A stretch of 64,000 bases of DNA from Anaeromyxobacteraceae bacterium (lineage in GTDB: Bacteria > Myxococcota > Myxococcia > Myxococcales > Anaeromyxobacteraceae), in the NCBI GenBank assembly GCA_032654565.1, contig JAULAX010000017.1:480001-544000 (forward strand), written 5' to 3'. Positions 24,044 to 34,714 of this stretch are shown one piece after another. The stretch's first letter is position 1; the number at the start of each line of letters is the position of its first letter. The notes under the pieces are model-generated. The model had not been told where the DNA came from. It saw nothing but the letters and a program-made list of their open reading frames with translations, and searched no databases. A program made the position numbers and the translations under genes.

Positions 24044-25476
24044 GGGCGCACCTCGGCGAAGGTCCGGTGATCGGCCACCGCGCCGGCCACCGCCGCCGCC
24101 GCCGCCGTGGCCGGGCTGGCCAGCAGGGTCCTCCCACCAGCCCCTTGCCGCCCCTCGAAGTTCCGGTTGGAGGTGGAGACGCAGTACTGGCCGCGCTCGA
24201 TCCGGTCGCCGTTCATGGCGATGCACATCGAGCAGCCCGGCTCGCGCCACTCGGCGCCGGCGGCGCGGAAGACGGCGTCGAGCCCCTCGGCCTCGGCGGC
24301 CCGCTTGACCCGCATCGAGCCGGGGACGATCAGCGTCCGCGCCTTGACGGTGCGGCCGCGCAGCACCGCGGCCGCCTCGCGCAGGTCCTCGAGCCGGCCG
24401 TTGGTGCAGGAGCCGACGAAGACCACGTCGACGCGCTGCCCGAGGATGGGCTGGCCGGGGCGCAGCCCCATGTAGGCGAGCGCCCCCTGCAGCGAGGCCC
24501 GCGCCGCGGCGTCGGCCTCGCCGGCCGGGTCCGGCACCAGCGCCGAGATGGCGATGGCCTGGCCGGGGTTGGTGCCGAAGGTGATCATGGGGGCCAGCGA
24601 GGAGGCGTCGATGGTGAGCTCGCGGTCATAGCGCGCCCCGGGATCGCTGGGCAGCGTCCGCCAGCGGGCCACCGCCTCGTCCCAGGCCTTCCCCTGCGGC
24701 GCCTTCGCCCTCCCCTTCAGCCAGGCGAAGGTGACGTCGTCCGGGGCGATCATGCCGGCGCGGGCCCCGGCCTCGATCGACATGTTGCAGAGGGTCATGC
24801 GGGCCTCCATGGAGAGCGCCCGCACCGCCTCGCCGAGGTACTCGATGACGTGGCCGGTGCCGCCGCCGACGCCGAGCCGGGCGATGATGGCCAGGACCAG
24901 GTCCTTGGCCCCCACCCCGGCCGGCAGCCGCCCCTCCACCCGCACCGCCAGCGACTTCGGACGGCGCTGCAGCAGGCACTGGGTGGCCAGCACGTGGCCC
25001 ACCTCGGAGGTGCCGATGCCGAAGGCCAGCGCCCCGAAGGCGCCGTGGGTGGCGGTGTGGCTGTCGCCGCAGACCACCGTCATGCCCGGCTGGGTGGCGC
25101 CCATCTCCGGGCCGAAGACGTGGATCACGCCCTGGGCCTCGCTCCCCAGCCCGTGCAGCTCGACGCCGAAGGCGGCGGCGTTGGTGGCCAGCTGGGCCAC
25201 CTGGGCCTCGGCCTGGGCGTCCACGTAGGGCCGGCGGCCGTCGGCGAGCGGCGGCAGCGTGGGCGTGGAGTGGTCCATGGTGGCCAGCGTCCGGTCGAGC
25301 CGGCGCACCGGCAGGCCACGCTCGCGCAGCAGCGAGAAGGCCTGCGGGCTGGTCACCTCGTGGACCAGGTGCAGGTCGACGTAGAGCACCGCCGGCGTCT
25401 CGGGGGTCTCGGCCACCACCAGGTGGGCGTCCCAGACCTTCTGCAGCAGGGTGCGGGGCGTGGCGGGGGTGGTCAT
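24040..25476 (-). CDS. leuC: 3-isopropylmalate dehydratase large subunit
   Basis: [45 protein letters not shown]. Confidence 0.98.
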   Translation of the reverse strand: MTTPATPRTLLQKVWDAHLVVAETPETPAVLYVDLHLVHEVTSPQAFSLLRERGLPVRRLDRTLATMDHSTPTLPPLADGRRPYVDAQAEAQVAQLATNAAAFGVELHGLGSEAQGVIHVFGPEMGATQPGMTVVCGDSHTATHGAFGALAFGIGTSEVGHVLATQCLLQRRPKSLAVRVEGRLPAGVGAKDLVLAIIARLGVGGGTGHVIEYLGEAVRALSMEARMTLCNMSIEAGARAGMIAPDDVTFAWLKGRAKAPQGKAWDEAVARWRTLPSDPGARYDRELTIDASSLAPMITFGTNPGQAIAISALVPDPAGEADAAARASLQGALAYMGLRPGQPILGQRVDVVFVGSCTNGRLEDLREAAAVLRGRTVKARTLIVPGSMRVKRAAEAEGLDAVFRAAGAEWREPGCSMCIAMNGDRIERGQYCVSTSNRNFEGRQGAGGRTLLASPATAAAAAVAGAVADHRTFAEVRP

Positions 25477-25478
25477 GC

Positions 25479-27113
25479 CTACGGCGTCCCCTGGGCGGCG
25501 AGGGGCGCGGCGGCGCCGGGGCCGGTCTTGAGCGCCACCCTGTTGATGACGTCGAGGAAGGCGCGGGCGCTCCCCTCGATGATGTCGGTGGAGAGGGCCC
25601 GGCCGCGGTAGACGCCGCTGGCGTGCTCGCAGTCGAGCGTCACCTCGCCCTGGGCATCCTCGCCGGTGGAGATGCTGGCGATCTGGTAGTCGCGCAGCTT
25701 GACGACGATGCCGGTGACCTGCTCGATGGCCTTGAAGACGGCGTCGACCGGGCCGTCGCCGGCCGCCACCGCCTGGCGGCGCTCGCCGGCGGCGTTGGTC
25801 AGGGCCACCGAGGCCACCGGCAGCGTGCCGGTGCCGGAGGTGGTGGAGAGGGCCGTGAGCGTCCAGGCCACCGCCCCCTTGCCGAGGATCTGCCCGTGGA
25901 CCACCAGGGCCTCGATGTCGGCGTCGTAGATCTCCTTCTTCTTGTCGGCCAGGGTCTTGAAGTCGGCGAAGACCTTGTCGACGGCGGCGTCCTCCAGCTG
26001 GTAGCCGAGCGCCACCAGCCGCTCCTTGAGGGCGTGGCGCCCCGAGTGCTTGCCCAGCACCAGGCTGGAGCGGGCGAAGCCGACCTCCTCCGGCCGCATG
26101 ATCTCGTAGGTCTCGCGGTTGGTGAGCATGCCGTGCTGGTGGATGCCGGCCTCGTGGGCGAAGGCGTTCTGCCCGACGATGGCCTTGTTGCGCTGCACGT
26201 GCAGGCCGGTCACCTGCGAGACCAGCCGGCTGGTGGGGTAGAGCCGCTCTGTCTTGACGCCGTGGCGCAGCTTGAGGACGTCCGCCCGGGTCTTGCAGGC
26301 CATGACGATCTCCTCGAGCGAGGCGTTGCCGGCCCGCTCGCCGATGCCGTTGATGGTGCACTCGACCTGGCGGGCCCCCTCCAGCACCCCGGCCAGCGAG
26401 TTGGCCACCGCCAGCCCGAGGTCGTTGTGGCAGTGGACCGAGATGACCGCCTTGTCGATGCCGCGGACGTGCTTCTTGAGGTGGCGGATGGTCTCGGCGT
26501 AGGTGGAGGGGAGCGCGTAGCCGACGGTGTCGGGGATGTTGACGGTGGTGGCGCCGGCCTCGATGGTCCGCTCCACCACCTCGACCAGGAAGTCGAGCTC
26601 GGTGCGGGCCGAGTCCTCGGCGGAGAACTCGACGTCGTCGAACCTCTCCCGCGCCATCTTCACGCCCTCGACGGCCCGGCGGATGATCTCCTCCTTGGCC
26701 ATCTTCAGCTTGAAGTCGCGGTGGATGGGGCTGGTGGCCAGGAAGACGTGGCAGCGGCGGTGGGGGGCGTCCTTGAGCGCCTCCCAGGAGGCGGCGATGT
26801 CGCCCTTGTTGCAGCGGGAGAGGCTGGTGATGATGGGCCCCTCGACCAGGCGGCTCACCCCCTGGATGGCCTCGAGATCGCCCGGGGAGGCGGCGGCGAA
26901 GCCGGCCTCGATGACGTCGACGCCGAGGTCGCGCAGGGCGCGGGCCACCTGGAGCTTCTGCTCCAGGTTCATCGAGGCGCCGGGCGACTGCTCGCCGTCG
27001 CGCAGGGTGGTGTCGAAGATGATGATGCGGTCGGTTCCGGACTGGCTCACGCTGGTGGCTCCAATGCTGGCGGCGTCGGTTCGTGCTGCGGGTGCGGTGG
27101 GCTGCTTCGACAT
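25479..27113 (-). CDS. leuA: 2-isopropylmalate synthase
   Basis: [39 protein letters not shown], regulatory-domain GDGPVDA. Confidence 0.98.
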   Translation of the reverse strand: MSKQPTAPAARTDAASIGATSVSQSGTDRIIIFDTTLRDGEQSPGASMNLEQKLQVARALRDLGVDVIEAGFAAASPGDLEAIQGVSRLVEGPIITSLSRCNKGDIAASWEALKDAPHRRCHVFLATSPIHRDFKLKMAKEEIIRRAVEGVKMARERFDDVEFSAEDSARTELDFLVEVVERTIEAGATTVNIPDTVGYALPSTYAETIRHLKKHVRGIDKAVISVHCHNDLGLAVANSLAGVLEGARQVECTINGIGERAGNASLEEIVMACKTRADVLKLRHGVKTERLYPTSRLVSQVTGLHVQRNKAIVGQNAFAHEAGIHQHGMLTNRETYEIMRPEEVGFARSSLVLGKHSGRHALKERLVALGYQLEDAAVDKVFADFKTLADKKKEIYDADIEALVVHGQILGKGAVAWTLTALSTTSGTGTLPVASVALTNAAGERRQAVAAGDGPVDAVFKAIEQVTGIVVKLRDYQIASISTGEDAQGEVTLDCEHASGVYRGRALSTDIIEGSARAFLDVINRVALKTGPGAAAPLAAQGTP

Positions 27114-27212
27114 GGGTGGTCCCCGGGCTCCTGGTGTGGGGCCGAAGAGGGTGGCTCGCCTGTCGAGGGCAACCTCTTCAGCCGGAAGGGCGAAAGAGGT
27201 CGCGGCGCAGCG

Positions 27213-27278
27213 TCACCCTGGCCGGGATACCTCTCCCGCCGGGCTAAGAAGTCGACGCCTGCTGCTCGCGAAATTCAT
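27213..27278 (-). CDS. Putative leu-ilv operon leader peptide MNFASSRRRLLSPAGEVSRPG
   Basis: 21-codon ORF between the promoter and leuA. It carries tandem CTT-CTT Leu codons and overlaps alternative pairing segments. Confidence 0.6.
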   Translation of the reverse strand: MNFASSRRRLLSPAGEVSRPG

Positions 27279-27288
27279 TGAGCGGTGG

Positions 27289-27318
27289 AGGGTAATGGAG
27301 CGCCCCCGGTCTGGTCAA
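27289..27318 (-). promoter_or_regulatory. sigma70-type promoter of the leu-ilv operon
   Basis: TTGACC-N18-TACCCT. Confidence 0.6.
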
Positions 27319-27423
27319 GCGGGAGGGCGCTGAAACAGCGGCAGGGCGCCGAAAGCTGTCTAGGCCGCAGCGGCGTCGCTCCATCAACGGACGGTCCTGG
27401 GTGGCGAGTCGCCGCGGCCGGGC

Positions 27424-29385
27424 TCAGTACGGCGGCGTGGCCTCGCGGGCCAGCAGCTCGATGAAGGCGTCGAGCGGCATGGTCTTCAGGTCCTCGCCGC
27501 CGTGCCGCCGCGGCGAGACCCCCTGGGCCTCGACCTCCTTCTCGCCCACCACCAGCGTGAAGGGGAGCTTGGCCAGCTGGCCGTTGCGGATCTTGGCGCC
27601 CAGCTTGTCGTTGGAGTCGTCGAGCTCCACCCGCCACCCGCGCGCCCGCAGCCGCTCGGCCACGGTGCGCCCCCAGGCCACCGATCCCTCGGAGACGGTG
27701 ACCACCCGGGCCTGCACCGGCGCCAGCCAGGCCGGGAAGGCGCCGGCGTAGTGCTCGGTGAGGATGGCGATGAACCGCTCGAAGGAGCCGTAGATGGCCC
27801 GGTGGATCACCACCGGCCGGTGCTCGGCGTTGTCGGCCCCCACGTAGGCGAGGTCGAAGCGCTCCGGCGCCGCGTAGTCGAGCTGGATGGTGCAGGTCTG
27901 CCACTGCCGGCCCAGCGAGTCGGTGACGGTGAAGTCGATCTTGGGGCCGTAGAAGGCGCCGTCGCCGGCGTTGAGCGTCCAGGGCAGGCCGATCTGCTCG
28001 AGCGCCGCCTGCAGCGCCCCCTCGGCCTTGTCCCAGAGGGCGTCGTCGCCGATGCGGTCGGCCTGGAGCGGCGGGCGGGTGGAGAACTGCAGCGCGAACT
28101 GCAGGCCGAAGGCGCCGTAGACGATCTTCATCAGGTCGACGATGCGCCGCACCTCGTCGGCGATCTGCGACTCCATCAGGTAGATGTGCGAGTCGTCCTG
28201 CTCGAACTGGCGGACCCGGGTCAGGCCGCCCAGCGAGCCGGAGGCCTCGTTCCGGTGCAGGGCGTCGGTGGTGTAGTAGCGCAGCGGCAGCTCGCGGTAG
28301 CTGCGCTTCCCCATCTGGTAGATGAGGTGGTGTGACGGGCAGTTCATGGGCTTGAGCGAGAAGCTGCAGCGCTCGTCGAGCGGCAGGCTCTCGTCCGACT
28401 CGCTGTCCACCACAAGGAACATGTTCTTCTTGTAGGGCCCCCAGTGGCCGCTCTGCTCCCAGAGCCGCTTGTTGAAGAGCAGCGGCGTCTTCACCTCCTG
28501 GTAGCCGTTCTTGTTGACGAGGCGGCGCATGGCCTCCTCGAGCACGTTGTAGAGGGTGGTGCCGGCCGGCAGCCAGAAGGGCGAGCCCGGGGCGTACTCG
28601 TGGAAGGCGAAGAGGCCGAGCGCCGGCCCCAGCTTGCGGTGGTCGCGCTTCTTCACCTCCTCCTGCTTGAGGAGGTGGGCGTCGAGCGCCTTCTTGTCGA
28701 AGAAGGCGGTGCCGTAGATGCGCTGCAGCATGGCGTTCTTGGAGTCGCCCCGCCAGTAGGCGCCGGCCACCGAGGTGAGCTTGACCACGCCGATGCGGGC
28801 GGTGGAGGGGCCGTGCGGCCCGAGGCAGAAGTCGACCCAGCCGGCGTGGCGGTAGAGGGTCAGCGTCTTCGCCCCCTTGGCGGCGATGTCGCGGATGATC
28901 TCGACCTTGTACTTCTCGCCCTGGCCCTCGAAGAGCGCCAGGGCGGCCTCCATCGACACCTCCTCGCGGACGAAGGGGTGGTCGGCCTTGATGGCCTCGT
29001 TGGTGGCGAGCTCGATCGTCGCCAGGTCCTCGGGCGTGAAGGGCGTGGGGCGGGCGAAGTCGTAGTAGAAGCCGTCCTCGATGGACGGGCCGATGGTGAC
29101 CTGGGTGCCGGGGAAGAGCTGCTGCACCACGCTGGCCATGACGTGGGCGGCGTCGTGGCGGGCCACCTCGAGGGCCTCGGGGTTCTTGGGGGTGATGACC
29201 TCGAGCCGGGCGTCGACGTCGATGGTGCGGGCCAGGTCGACCGGCTGGCCGTCGAGCTTGGCGATGTAGGCGGCCTTGGCGAGGCCGGCGCCGATGTGGA
29301 GCTTGACGAAGTCGAGCACGGTGATGCCGCGCGCCGCCTCCTTCTTCGAGCCGTCGGGGAGCGTGACTGTGACCAGTTCAGACAT
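27424..29385 (-). CDS. thrS: Threonine-tRNA ligase
   Basis: TGS domain, [46 protein letters not shown]. Confidence 0.98.
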   Translation of the reverse strand: MSELVTVTLPDGSKKEAARGITVLDFVKLHIGAGLAKAAYIAKLDGQPVDLARTIDVDARLEVITPKNPEALEVARHDAAHVMASVVQQLFPGTQVTIGPSIEDGFYYDFARPTPFTPEDLATIELATNEAIKADHPFVREEVSMEAALALFEGQGEKYKVEIIRDIAAKGAKTLTLYRHAGWVDFCLGPHGPSTARIGVVKLTSVAGAYWRGDSKNAMLQRIYGTAFFDKKALDAHLLKQEEVKKRDHRKLGPALGLFAFHEYAPGSPFWLPAGTTLYNVLEEAMRRLVNKNGYQEVKTPLLFNKRLWEQSGHWGPYKKNMFLVVDSESDESLPLDERCSFSLKPMNCPSHHLIYQMGKRSYRELPLRYYTTDALHRNEASGSLGGLTRVRQFEQDDSHIYLMESQIADEVRRIVDLMKIVYGAFGLQFALQFSTRPPLQADRIGDDALWDKAEGALQAALEQIGLPWTLNAGDGAFYGPKIDFTVTDSLGRQWQTCTIQLDYAAPERFDLAYVGADNAEHRPVVIHRAIYGSFERFIAILTEHYAGAFPAWLAPVQARVVTVSEGSVAWGRTVAERLRARGWRVELDDSNDKLGAKIRNGQLAKLPFTLVVGEKEVEAQGVSPRRHGGEDLKTMPLDAFIELLAREATPPY

Positions 29386-29626
29386 GCGAAGTAGGTATCG
29401 CTGAACGGGGGAAAACTCAATCGCGCGCGCTTCAGCGCGCGCAACCGAGGAGCATCAGGACGCGGGTCCAGCTCACATCGCGCGGCCCATTCGCGCCGCC
29501 TTCAGGCGGCGCAACCCGGAATCACCAGGAACCGGATCCAGATCGGTCTCGCGATCGAAGGGTCCCGCTCACCGATCGGGAGGCGCAGCGAGGGGAGCGC
29601 GCGGACGGGCGGCTTCGCTGGGGCAC

Positions 29627-29780
29627 GGTCGGGGTCGGGGTCGGGTCGTGGTCGGGATCGCGGGCTCGGGATCGCGGCCGACGTCGCGGGCTCGGGGTCG
29701 AGGTCGCGGTCGCGGTTGCGGCCGGGGATCGCCGTCGCGGTTTGCACTCGCGGGCTTCAGTCGGTCGCGGGTCGCGATCG
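29627..29780. repeat. Degenerate simple-sequence repeat (GGTCGG/GGATCG/GGTCGC units)
   Basis: Read directly in the thrS to tRNA-Val interval. Confidence 0.6.
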
Positions 29781-29930
29781 CTGCGACACGGACCCTGGGT
29801 CGCTTTGGGCGCCCAAAGTTGCGAAGGAGGGATCCTTCCCGGGGTGGGTCAAATCGAGTTCGTGCGCGAACCGATTCAGGATCAACGTGACGCACCGTGC
29901 CGGCTGTCCGTCCCGGCGGTACCGTAGGGC

Positions 29931-30158
29931 ATGGACCTCCAGGAGCCGTTCCCCGAGCCGATGCTGCCCATGAGGGAGTGCGCCACCTGCCTGGGAACCG
30001 GCTGGGCACGTACCGACCGGCGACGGTCCCCCCGGCCCGACCTCACCGCCGCCATCGCCCAGGTGGAGCGCCAGCTGCAGGAACTCGACACCCGGTCAGC
30101 CGACCTGAAAGAGCTTCTCGGGTGGCTGCGCCGGCTGCTCGCCAGCCGTCCCGATTGA
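29931..30158 (+). CDS. Small hypothetical protein with a CxxCxGxG motif and a coiled-coil C-terminus
   Basis: 75-aa ORF: ECATCLGTG followed by a heptad-like helix. Confidence 0.45.
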   Translation: MDLQEPFPEPMLPMRECATCLGTGWARTDRRRSPRPDLTAAIAQVERQLQELDTRSADLKELLGWLRRLLASRPD

Positions 30159-30357
30159 CAGCTGGTGAAGAGGCCGTGGCCGCTCGAAGAGAGCGATCAA
30201 AGGGCAACACTCGGAAGCGCCCAGCGTGACCGCCCAGGCCGCCTGCAGCCCTCCCCCTCCCCGACGAGCCGCCGCGCCGGCTGGCGGGGCTCCTGCTTCA
30301 TCTACGAAGAGGCTGGCCCGAGACCTGAACTGTTACCTGGGAGCCGGCCCGGGCATG

Positions 30358-30391
30358 AAAAAGGGGAACCGCCGCGTGGCGATTCCCCTTT
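30358..30391 (-). terminator. Intrinsic terminator after tRNA-Val
   Basis: Minus strand AAAGGGGAATCGCC-ACGC-GGCGGTTCCCC-TTTTT. Confidence 0.85.
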
Positions 30392-30404
30392 GGATTCCAG
30401 CTTG

Positions 30405-30476
<72 letters not shown>

Positions 30477-30494
30477 GAACTTCGACGGCGCGCG

Positions 30495-30524
30495 TTCATA
30501 GCTTGCCATCGCCGCCCTCGTCAA
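30495..30524 (-). promoter_or_regulatory. sigma70-type promoter of tRNA-Val
   Basis: TTGACG-N18-TATGAA followed by a GC-rich discriminator. Confidence 0.55.
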
Positions 30525-31102
30525 CGTTCGCGTGCCACCCGCCGGGCCCGGCGCAGCTCCACCGCCAGCATCCGGCCGTACTGCGCCCAGGAGACGGTCA
30601 TGCAGGCCGCCACCAGCAGCCCGGTGGCCGCTACCCACGGGGCCAGCATCGCCTGGGGCGCCGCCCCCACGTCGCCGGCCAGCACCAGCAGCACCAGCCC
30701 CACCAGCGTGGCGGTGGCGTACTTGCCGGCGCGGGTCGGCACGATGGGCACCGGCCGGCCGCTCCACTGCAGCGCCGTGGCCGCCCCCACCAGCGCCACG
30801 TCGCGGCCGATGATCAGCGCCGCCAGCCAGGCCGGCAGCCGTCCCGCGGTCACCAGCGCCACCAGGATGCAGAAGGCCAGCAGCTTGTCGGCGATGGGGT
30901 CGAGCACCTCGCCGAAGCGGGAGTGCTGGTCGAGCAGCCGCGCCGCCAGCCCGTCGAGCACGTCGGTGAGCGCCGCCACCGCGTAGGCCCCCAGGGCGCC
31001 CAGCAGGTCGCCCCGCACGTAGAGCAGCATGACCAGCGGAGCCAGCAGCAGCCGCAGCAGGGTCAGGGCGTTGGCCAGCGTGAAGGGGCCGGCGTCGGGC
31101 AG
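30521..31102 (-). CDS. CDP-alcohol phosphatidyltransferase (PgsA/cardiolipin synthase family; start uncertain)
   Basis: ANALTLLR and the signature TDVLDGLAARLLDQHSRFGEVLDPIADK. Confidence 0.9.
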   Translation of the reverse strand: MPDAGPFTLANALTLLRLLLAPLVMLLYVRGDLLGALGAYAVAALTDVLDGLAARLLDQHSRFGEVLDPIADKLLAFCILVALVTAGRLPAWLAALIIGRDVALVGAATALQWSGRPVPIVPTRAGKYATATLVGLVLLVLAGDVGAAPQAMLAPWVAATGLLVAACMTVSWAQYGRMLAVELRRARRVARER

Positions 31103-31152
31103 GGGGGATCCCGCCCCGCCCTCGCCGCCCTCAGCGCCGGCCGACAGCGGGG

Positions 31153-31887
31153 CTACCGCTTCCCCGCGTCTCGCTCCCGGTTCCACGTCTCCCACTCGTC
31201 CGCCTCGGCCATGGCGAAGGTCTCCGGCTCGGCGGCGCTGCCGTCGGCGGCCACCCTCACCTGCATCATGCTGGTGACGATCCGCTCCCACTGCTCGCGG
31301 GTGACCTCCTTGGGGCCGGCCACCTGCTGGCGGGCCCCGCCGGCCGGCGCGGCGCCGTGCTGGGGCCGCGGCAGCGGACCGGCGGCCACCGCCACCGTCC
31401 CGCTGTAGACCTTGACCACGCAGCTCTTGTCCTTGCTGGCGTCGACGCGGAAGGTGGTGCCGCGCACGCCGGCCACGGCGTTGTCGGTCCTCACCTCGAA
31501 GCGGGCCTCGCCGCCCAGCGACTTGGTGACGCTGGCCCAGACGTTGCCGACGCGGAGCTTGGCCGAGACCTTGCGGTCGTCGGCCCCCTGGCCGAAGGCG
31601 GCGGCGTCCAGCTCGACGCGCGAGAGCGGGCCGAGCCGCAGCACGCTCTGGTCGACCAGGGTCAGCTCGACGCGGGTGCGCCGCGAGGTCTCGATGACGT
31701 CGCCCTGGTAGATGGCCGCCCCGGACTTGAGCTTGACGACCTTGCCGGTGGCCAGGCGGCTGGCCTCGCCGTCGAGGAAGGTGATGACCCCGGCGCTGGG
31801 CGGCGTGGACGGGGCGGGGGCGGCCAGGGCCGCGAAAGCGACCAGGGCGGCGGCGGTGACGGCGGCGGCGATCGGGAGGGGGCGCAT
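31153..31887 (-). CDS. Secreted FecR-domain protein
   Basis: Signal peptide; GDVIETS, DQSVLRLGP, FEVRTDNAVAGVRGTTFRV, VYSGTV. Confidence 0.85.
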   Translation of the reverse strand: MRPLPIAAAVTAAALVAFAALAAPAPSTPPSAGVITFLDGEASRLATGKVVKLKSGAAIYQGDVIETSRRTRVELTLVDQSVLRLGPLSRVELDAAAFGQGADDRKVSAKLRVGNVWASVTKSLGGEARFEVRTDNAVAGVRGTTFRVDASKDKSCVVKVYSGTVAVAAGPLPRPQHGAAPAGGARQQVAGPKEVTREQWERIVTSMMQVRVAADGSAAEPETFAMAEADEWETWNRERDAGKR

Positions 31888-31889
31888 GG

Positions 31890-33053
31890 CTACTTGAGCT
31901 CGACCTCGACGGCGTTGGCGGTCACCTTCTTCACCTTGCAGGCGTAACCGGCGTACTTGCGGCCGGCCAGGTCGGCGGCCAGGCCGTCGGCGGTACCGGC
32001 CAGGGTCACCTCCAGCTCGGCGCGGCCGTCGTCGAGGGAGCGCTGCTGCACGTCCTTGACCCCGCGCACGGCGTTGACCAGCACCGCCTTGAAGCCGGTG
32101 AGGCGGGCGTAGTCCTCGACCCCCTTCACCACCAGGCTGACCCGCTTCATGCCCGACTGCTCGCGGCTCCAGACCTTGCCGATCTTGGCGAAGAGGTCGG
32201 CGGCCAGCTGCCGTCCCGCCGCCGAGAGGGCGCCGCGGCCGGCGGTGGTCTGCTCGAACCCCTTGCCGGCCGGGCCGGTGAACTCGGTGGCGGCGATCAC
32301 CTCGCCGGTGTCGGTGCGCACGGCGCGGGCCGAGACGTTGGCCACCGAGGAGTAGAAGACGCCGTTGTCGATGGCCATCTCGCCGAGCGGCTTGGCGATG
32401 GCCCGGCCGACGATGACCACCTCGGCGCCGGCCAGCCTGCCGATCTCGCGGGCCTTCTGGACGTTGGGGTCGGCGCCGATGGTCTCCAGCGTCAGCTTGC
32501 CGGAGAGCACCTCGGGGTCGATGAAGCTGAAGCCCGACTTCTCCATCCGGTCCATGAAGGCGTTCTCGACCACGCGCAGGTCGGCGCTGTTGCCGCCCCC
32601 CTGCCACCAGCCGCTGGCCTGCGAGGCGTTGATGGCCTGCTCCGCCACCAGGGTCATGATGCGCGGCATGCCGGCGCGCCGGTAGGCGATGCCGAAGGCC
32701 AGCAGGTCCTCGTCCAGCTTGGCCTCGGAGACGTCGCAGCGCAGCCTGGTCACCCAGGTGTTCCCCTCCTGCTTGTCCTCGAGGATGGTGAACTTGCGGA
32801 CGTAGCCGGCCGAGTGCGAGTAGACCTTGTCGGAGAGCAGCTTGGCCTGGTCGGTCTCGGTGGCGGCGGTGACGATGGTGGTGGCCACCTGCTGGACGCA
32901 GTTGCGCAGGGCGTCGTCCTTGGCGGCGGCCTTGGCGGCGAGCACGTCGTCGACCACGGCCCCCTGGCCGGTGGCCTCGGTGGTCTTGATGGTGTCTTCG
33001 GCGAGCGCCGCGGTGGAGGCGGCGAGGAGGGCGATGGCGAGGATGCGCTTCAT
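31890..33053 (-). CDS. Secreted protein with a FlgT-N-like domain
   Basis: Signal peptide; EATGQGAV...AKAAAKDDALRNCVQQV pattern, then a CsgG/TolB-N-like middle region. Confidence 0.6.
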   Translation of the reverse strand: MKRILAIALLAASTAALAEDTIKTTEATGQGAVVDDVLAAKAAAKDDALRNCVQQVATTIVTAATETDQAKLLSDKVYSHSAGYVRKFTILEDKQEGNTWVTRLRCDVSEAKLDEDLLAFGIAYRRAGMPRIMTLVAEQAINASQASGWWQGGGNSADLRVVENAFMDRMEKSGFSFIDPEVLSGKLTLETIGADPNVQKAREIGRLAGAEVVIVGRAIAKPLGEMAIDNGVFYSSVANVSARAVRTDTGEVIAATEFTGPAGKGFEQTTAGRGALSAAGRQLAADLFAKIGKVWSREQSGMKRVSLVVKGVEDYARLTGFKAVLVNAVRGVKDVQQRSLDDGRAELEVTLAGTADGLAADLAGRKYAGYACKVKKVTANAVEVELK

Positions 33054-33073
33054 GGCGTGGCTCTCCCGGAGTC

Positions 33074-33826
33074 CTAGTCGGTGATGATGACGACGCGCCC
33101 TTCGGCCAGGTACGTCGGCCGGGACGCGAAGGTCGCCGCGTCGGCGGCGGCCAGCACGAGATCGGTACCCTGCGCCCGGACCGCCTTGACCACCAGCGGC
33201 CGGTCCCCGAGCCGCGCGCCGAGATCGCGCTTGGCCGACTCCAGCCCGCGGGCGTAGGCGGCGACGCCGCCGGCCTTGCGGGCCGACTCGCCCAGGGCCG
33301 ACGGGCCGTAGAGCTCCTTGCCGCCCTCGTCCACCAGGCGCGGGGCCAGCGCCGGCGCCACCTTGAGGCCGGTGGCGTCGATGACCAGGGAGGTGGGGCC
33401 GGTGACGGCGGGGGCCGCGGTGGCCCGGGGCAGCACGGCGTCGCCGACCGCGTCGAGCGGGACCTCGACGTCGAGCTCGACGCCGCCGTCGGAGAAGTAG
33501 CGGGTGGCCACGGTGCGGAAGCCGCGCACCGCCCCCTCCACCGAGCCCTTGACGGCGTTGTCGGCGCCGATGGCGCCGGCGATGGTCTGCGTGCCGCTCA
33601 CGGTGACGCCCTTCATCACCTCCAGGCAGTTCCGCAGGGCGTCGAGCTTGGCCGCCTTCTCGGCGCCGATGCGGGCCACGGCGACGTTGCCCCCGGCGTC
33701 CTTGAGGTTGGGGGCGCCGCTGCCGGAGCAGCGGGCGACGCGCTTCTGCCAGTCGACCCCGCCGGCGTCAGCGAGCGCGGTGGCCGGGATGGCGGCGGCG
33801 ACGGCGAGGATGAGAACGAACCGCAT
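33074..33826 (-). CDS. Secreted LPP20-like protein
   Basis: Signal peptide; VDWQKRVARCSGSG, AEKAAKLDALRNCLE, SLVIDATGL, PALAPRL. Confidence 0.6.
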   Translation of the reverse strand: MRFVLILAVAAAIPATALADAGGVDWQKRVARCSGSGAPNLKDAGGNVAVARIGAEKAAKLDALRNCLEVMKGVTVSGTQTIAGAIGADNAVKGSVEGAVRGFRTVATRYFSDGGVELDVEVPLDAVGDAVLPRATAAPAVTGPTSLVIDATGLKVAPALAPRLVDEGGKELYGPSALGESARKAGGVAAYARGLESAKRDLGARLGDRPLVVKAVRAQGTDLVLAAADAATFASRPTYLAEGRVVIITD

Positions 33827-33973
33827 GGAGACCTCCTCGAAGTTGTTGGGCGCGCCCGGGTGCGGCGGGGCGGCCTTGACGATGGTCAGACTACCAGCGC
33901 CACCACGGGCCTGCTGTGATGGATGTCACCAAAAGGCGGGGGGCCCCTACCGGGGCGTCCGGGGTGGAGCCAA

Positions 33974-34714
33974 CTACTCTGGGACGGGCCTGGAGGGCGT
34001 CCATTCATCGCGCCGGGCCCGCAGCGCCACCAGCGCCTCGACCGTCCCGGCCCTCAGGAAGGGGTTGATGGCCCGCTCGTCGTCCAGCGTCGACGGCGCC
34101 GGCTCCTCGCCGTCCCGCCGCGCCGCCCGCACCGCCTCCAGCCGGGCCCGGGTCGCGACCGAGGCCGGATCGAGCTCCAGCGCGAACGGCAGGGTGGCCA
34201 GCGCGTAGTCGTGGCCCGGGTGCACGGCCAGCGCGCCGTCGAGCCGGCCCACCACCCCGAGCAGCGTCGCCGCCAGCCGGCGCGGGTCGCCGCCGTTCCG
34301 GCAGTTGCCGCAGCCGGCCCAGAAGAGCGTGTCGCCGGTGAGCAGCCGGCCCCGCCACTCCAGCAGCACCGAGCCGGGGGTGTGGCCGGGGGCCTCGTGC
34401 ACCCGGACCGTCAGCGCGCCGAGGCGCAGCTCCCGCCGCCCCGCCAGGTCCTGGTCGGGCGCGAACCAGCCAGCGTCGGCGCCGTGGCCGATCACCGTGG
34501 CCCCGAGCCGGGCCCGCAGCGCCGCCGAGCCGCCGGTGTGGTCGGCGTGGCCGTGGGTGTGGATGATCCAGCGCGGCGTCACGCCGTGGGCCGCCGCCAC
34601 CGCCAGCGCCACCGCCGGATCCCCGGGGTCGACCAGCGCCGCGTCGGCCCCCTCGGCCAGCAGGTAGAGGTAGTTGTCGGCGCGGTAGCGGGCCCGGGCG
34701 AAGGCGGCGGTCAC
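33974..34714 (-). CDS. Hydroxyacylglutathione hydrolase (glyoxalase II-like metallo-beta-lactamase fold)
   Basis: DNYLY, THGHADHTGG, PGHTPG, TGDTLF, HPGHDY, INPFLR. Confidence 0.9.
   Translation of the reverse strand: MTAAFARARYRADNYLYLLAEGADAALVDPGDPAVALAVAAAHGVTPRWIIHTHGHADHTGGSAALRARLGATVIGHGADAGWFAPDQDLAGRRELRLGALTVRVHEAPGHTPGSVLLEWRGRLLTGDTLFWAGCGNCRNGGDPRRLAATLLGVVGRLDGALAVHPGHDYALATLPFALELDPASVATRARLEAVRAARRDGEEPAPSTLDDERAINPFLRAGTVEALVALRARRDEWTPSRPVPE

Noticed and set aside
22410..26361. Extended leuB, leuD and leuC ORFs (575, 259 and 773 aa)
   Set aside because: The extensions are alternate-frame overlaps. Real starts are coupled at 23474, 24043 and 25476.
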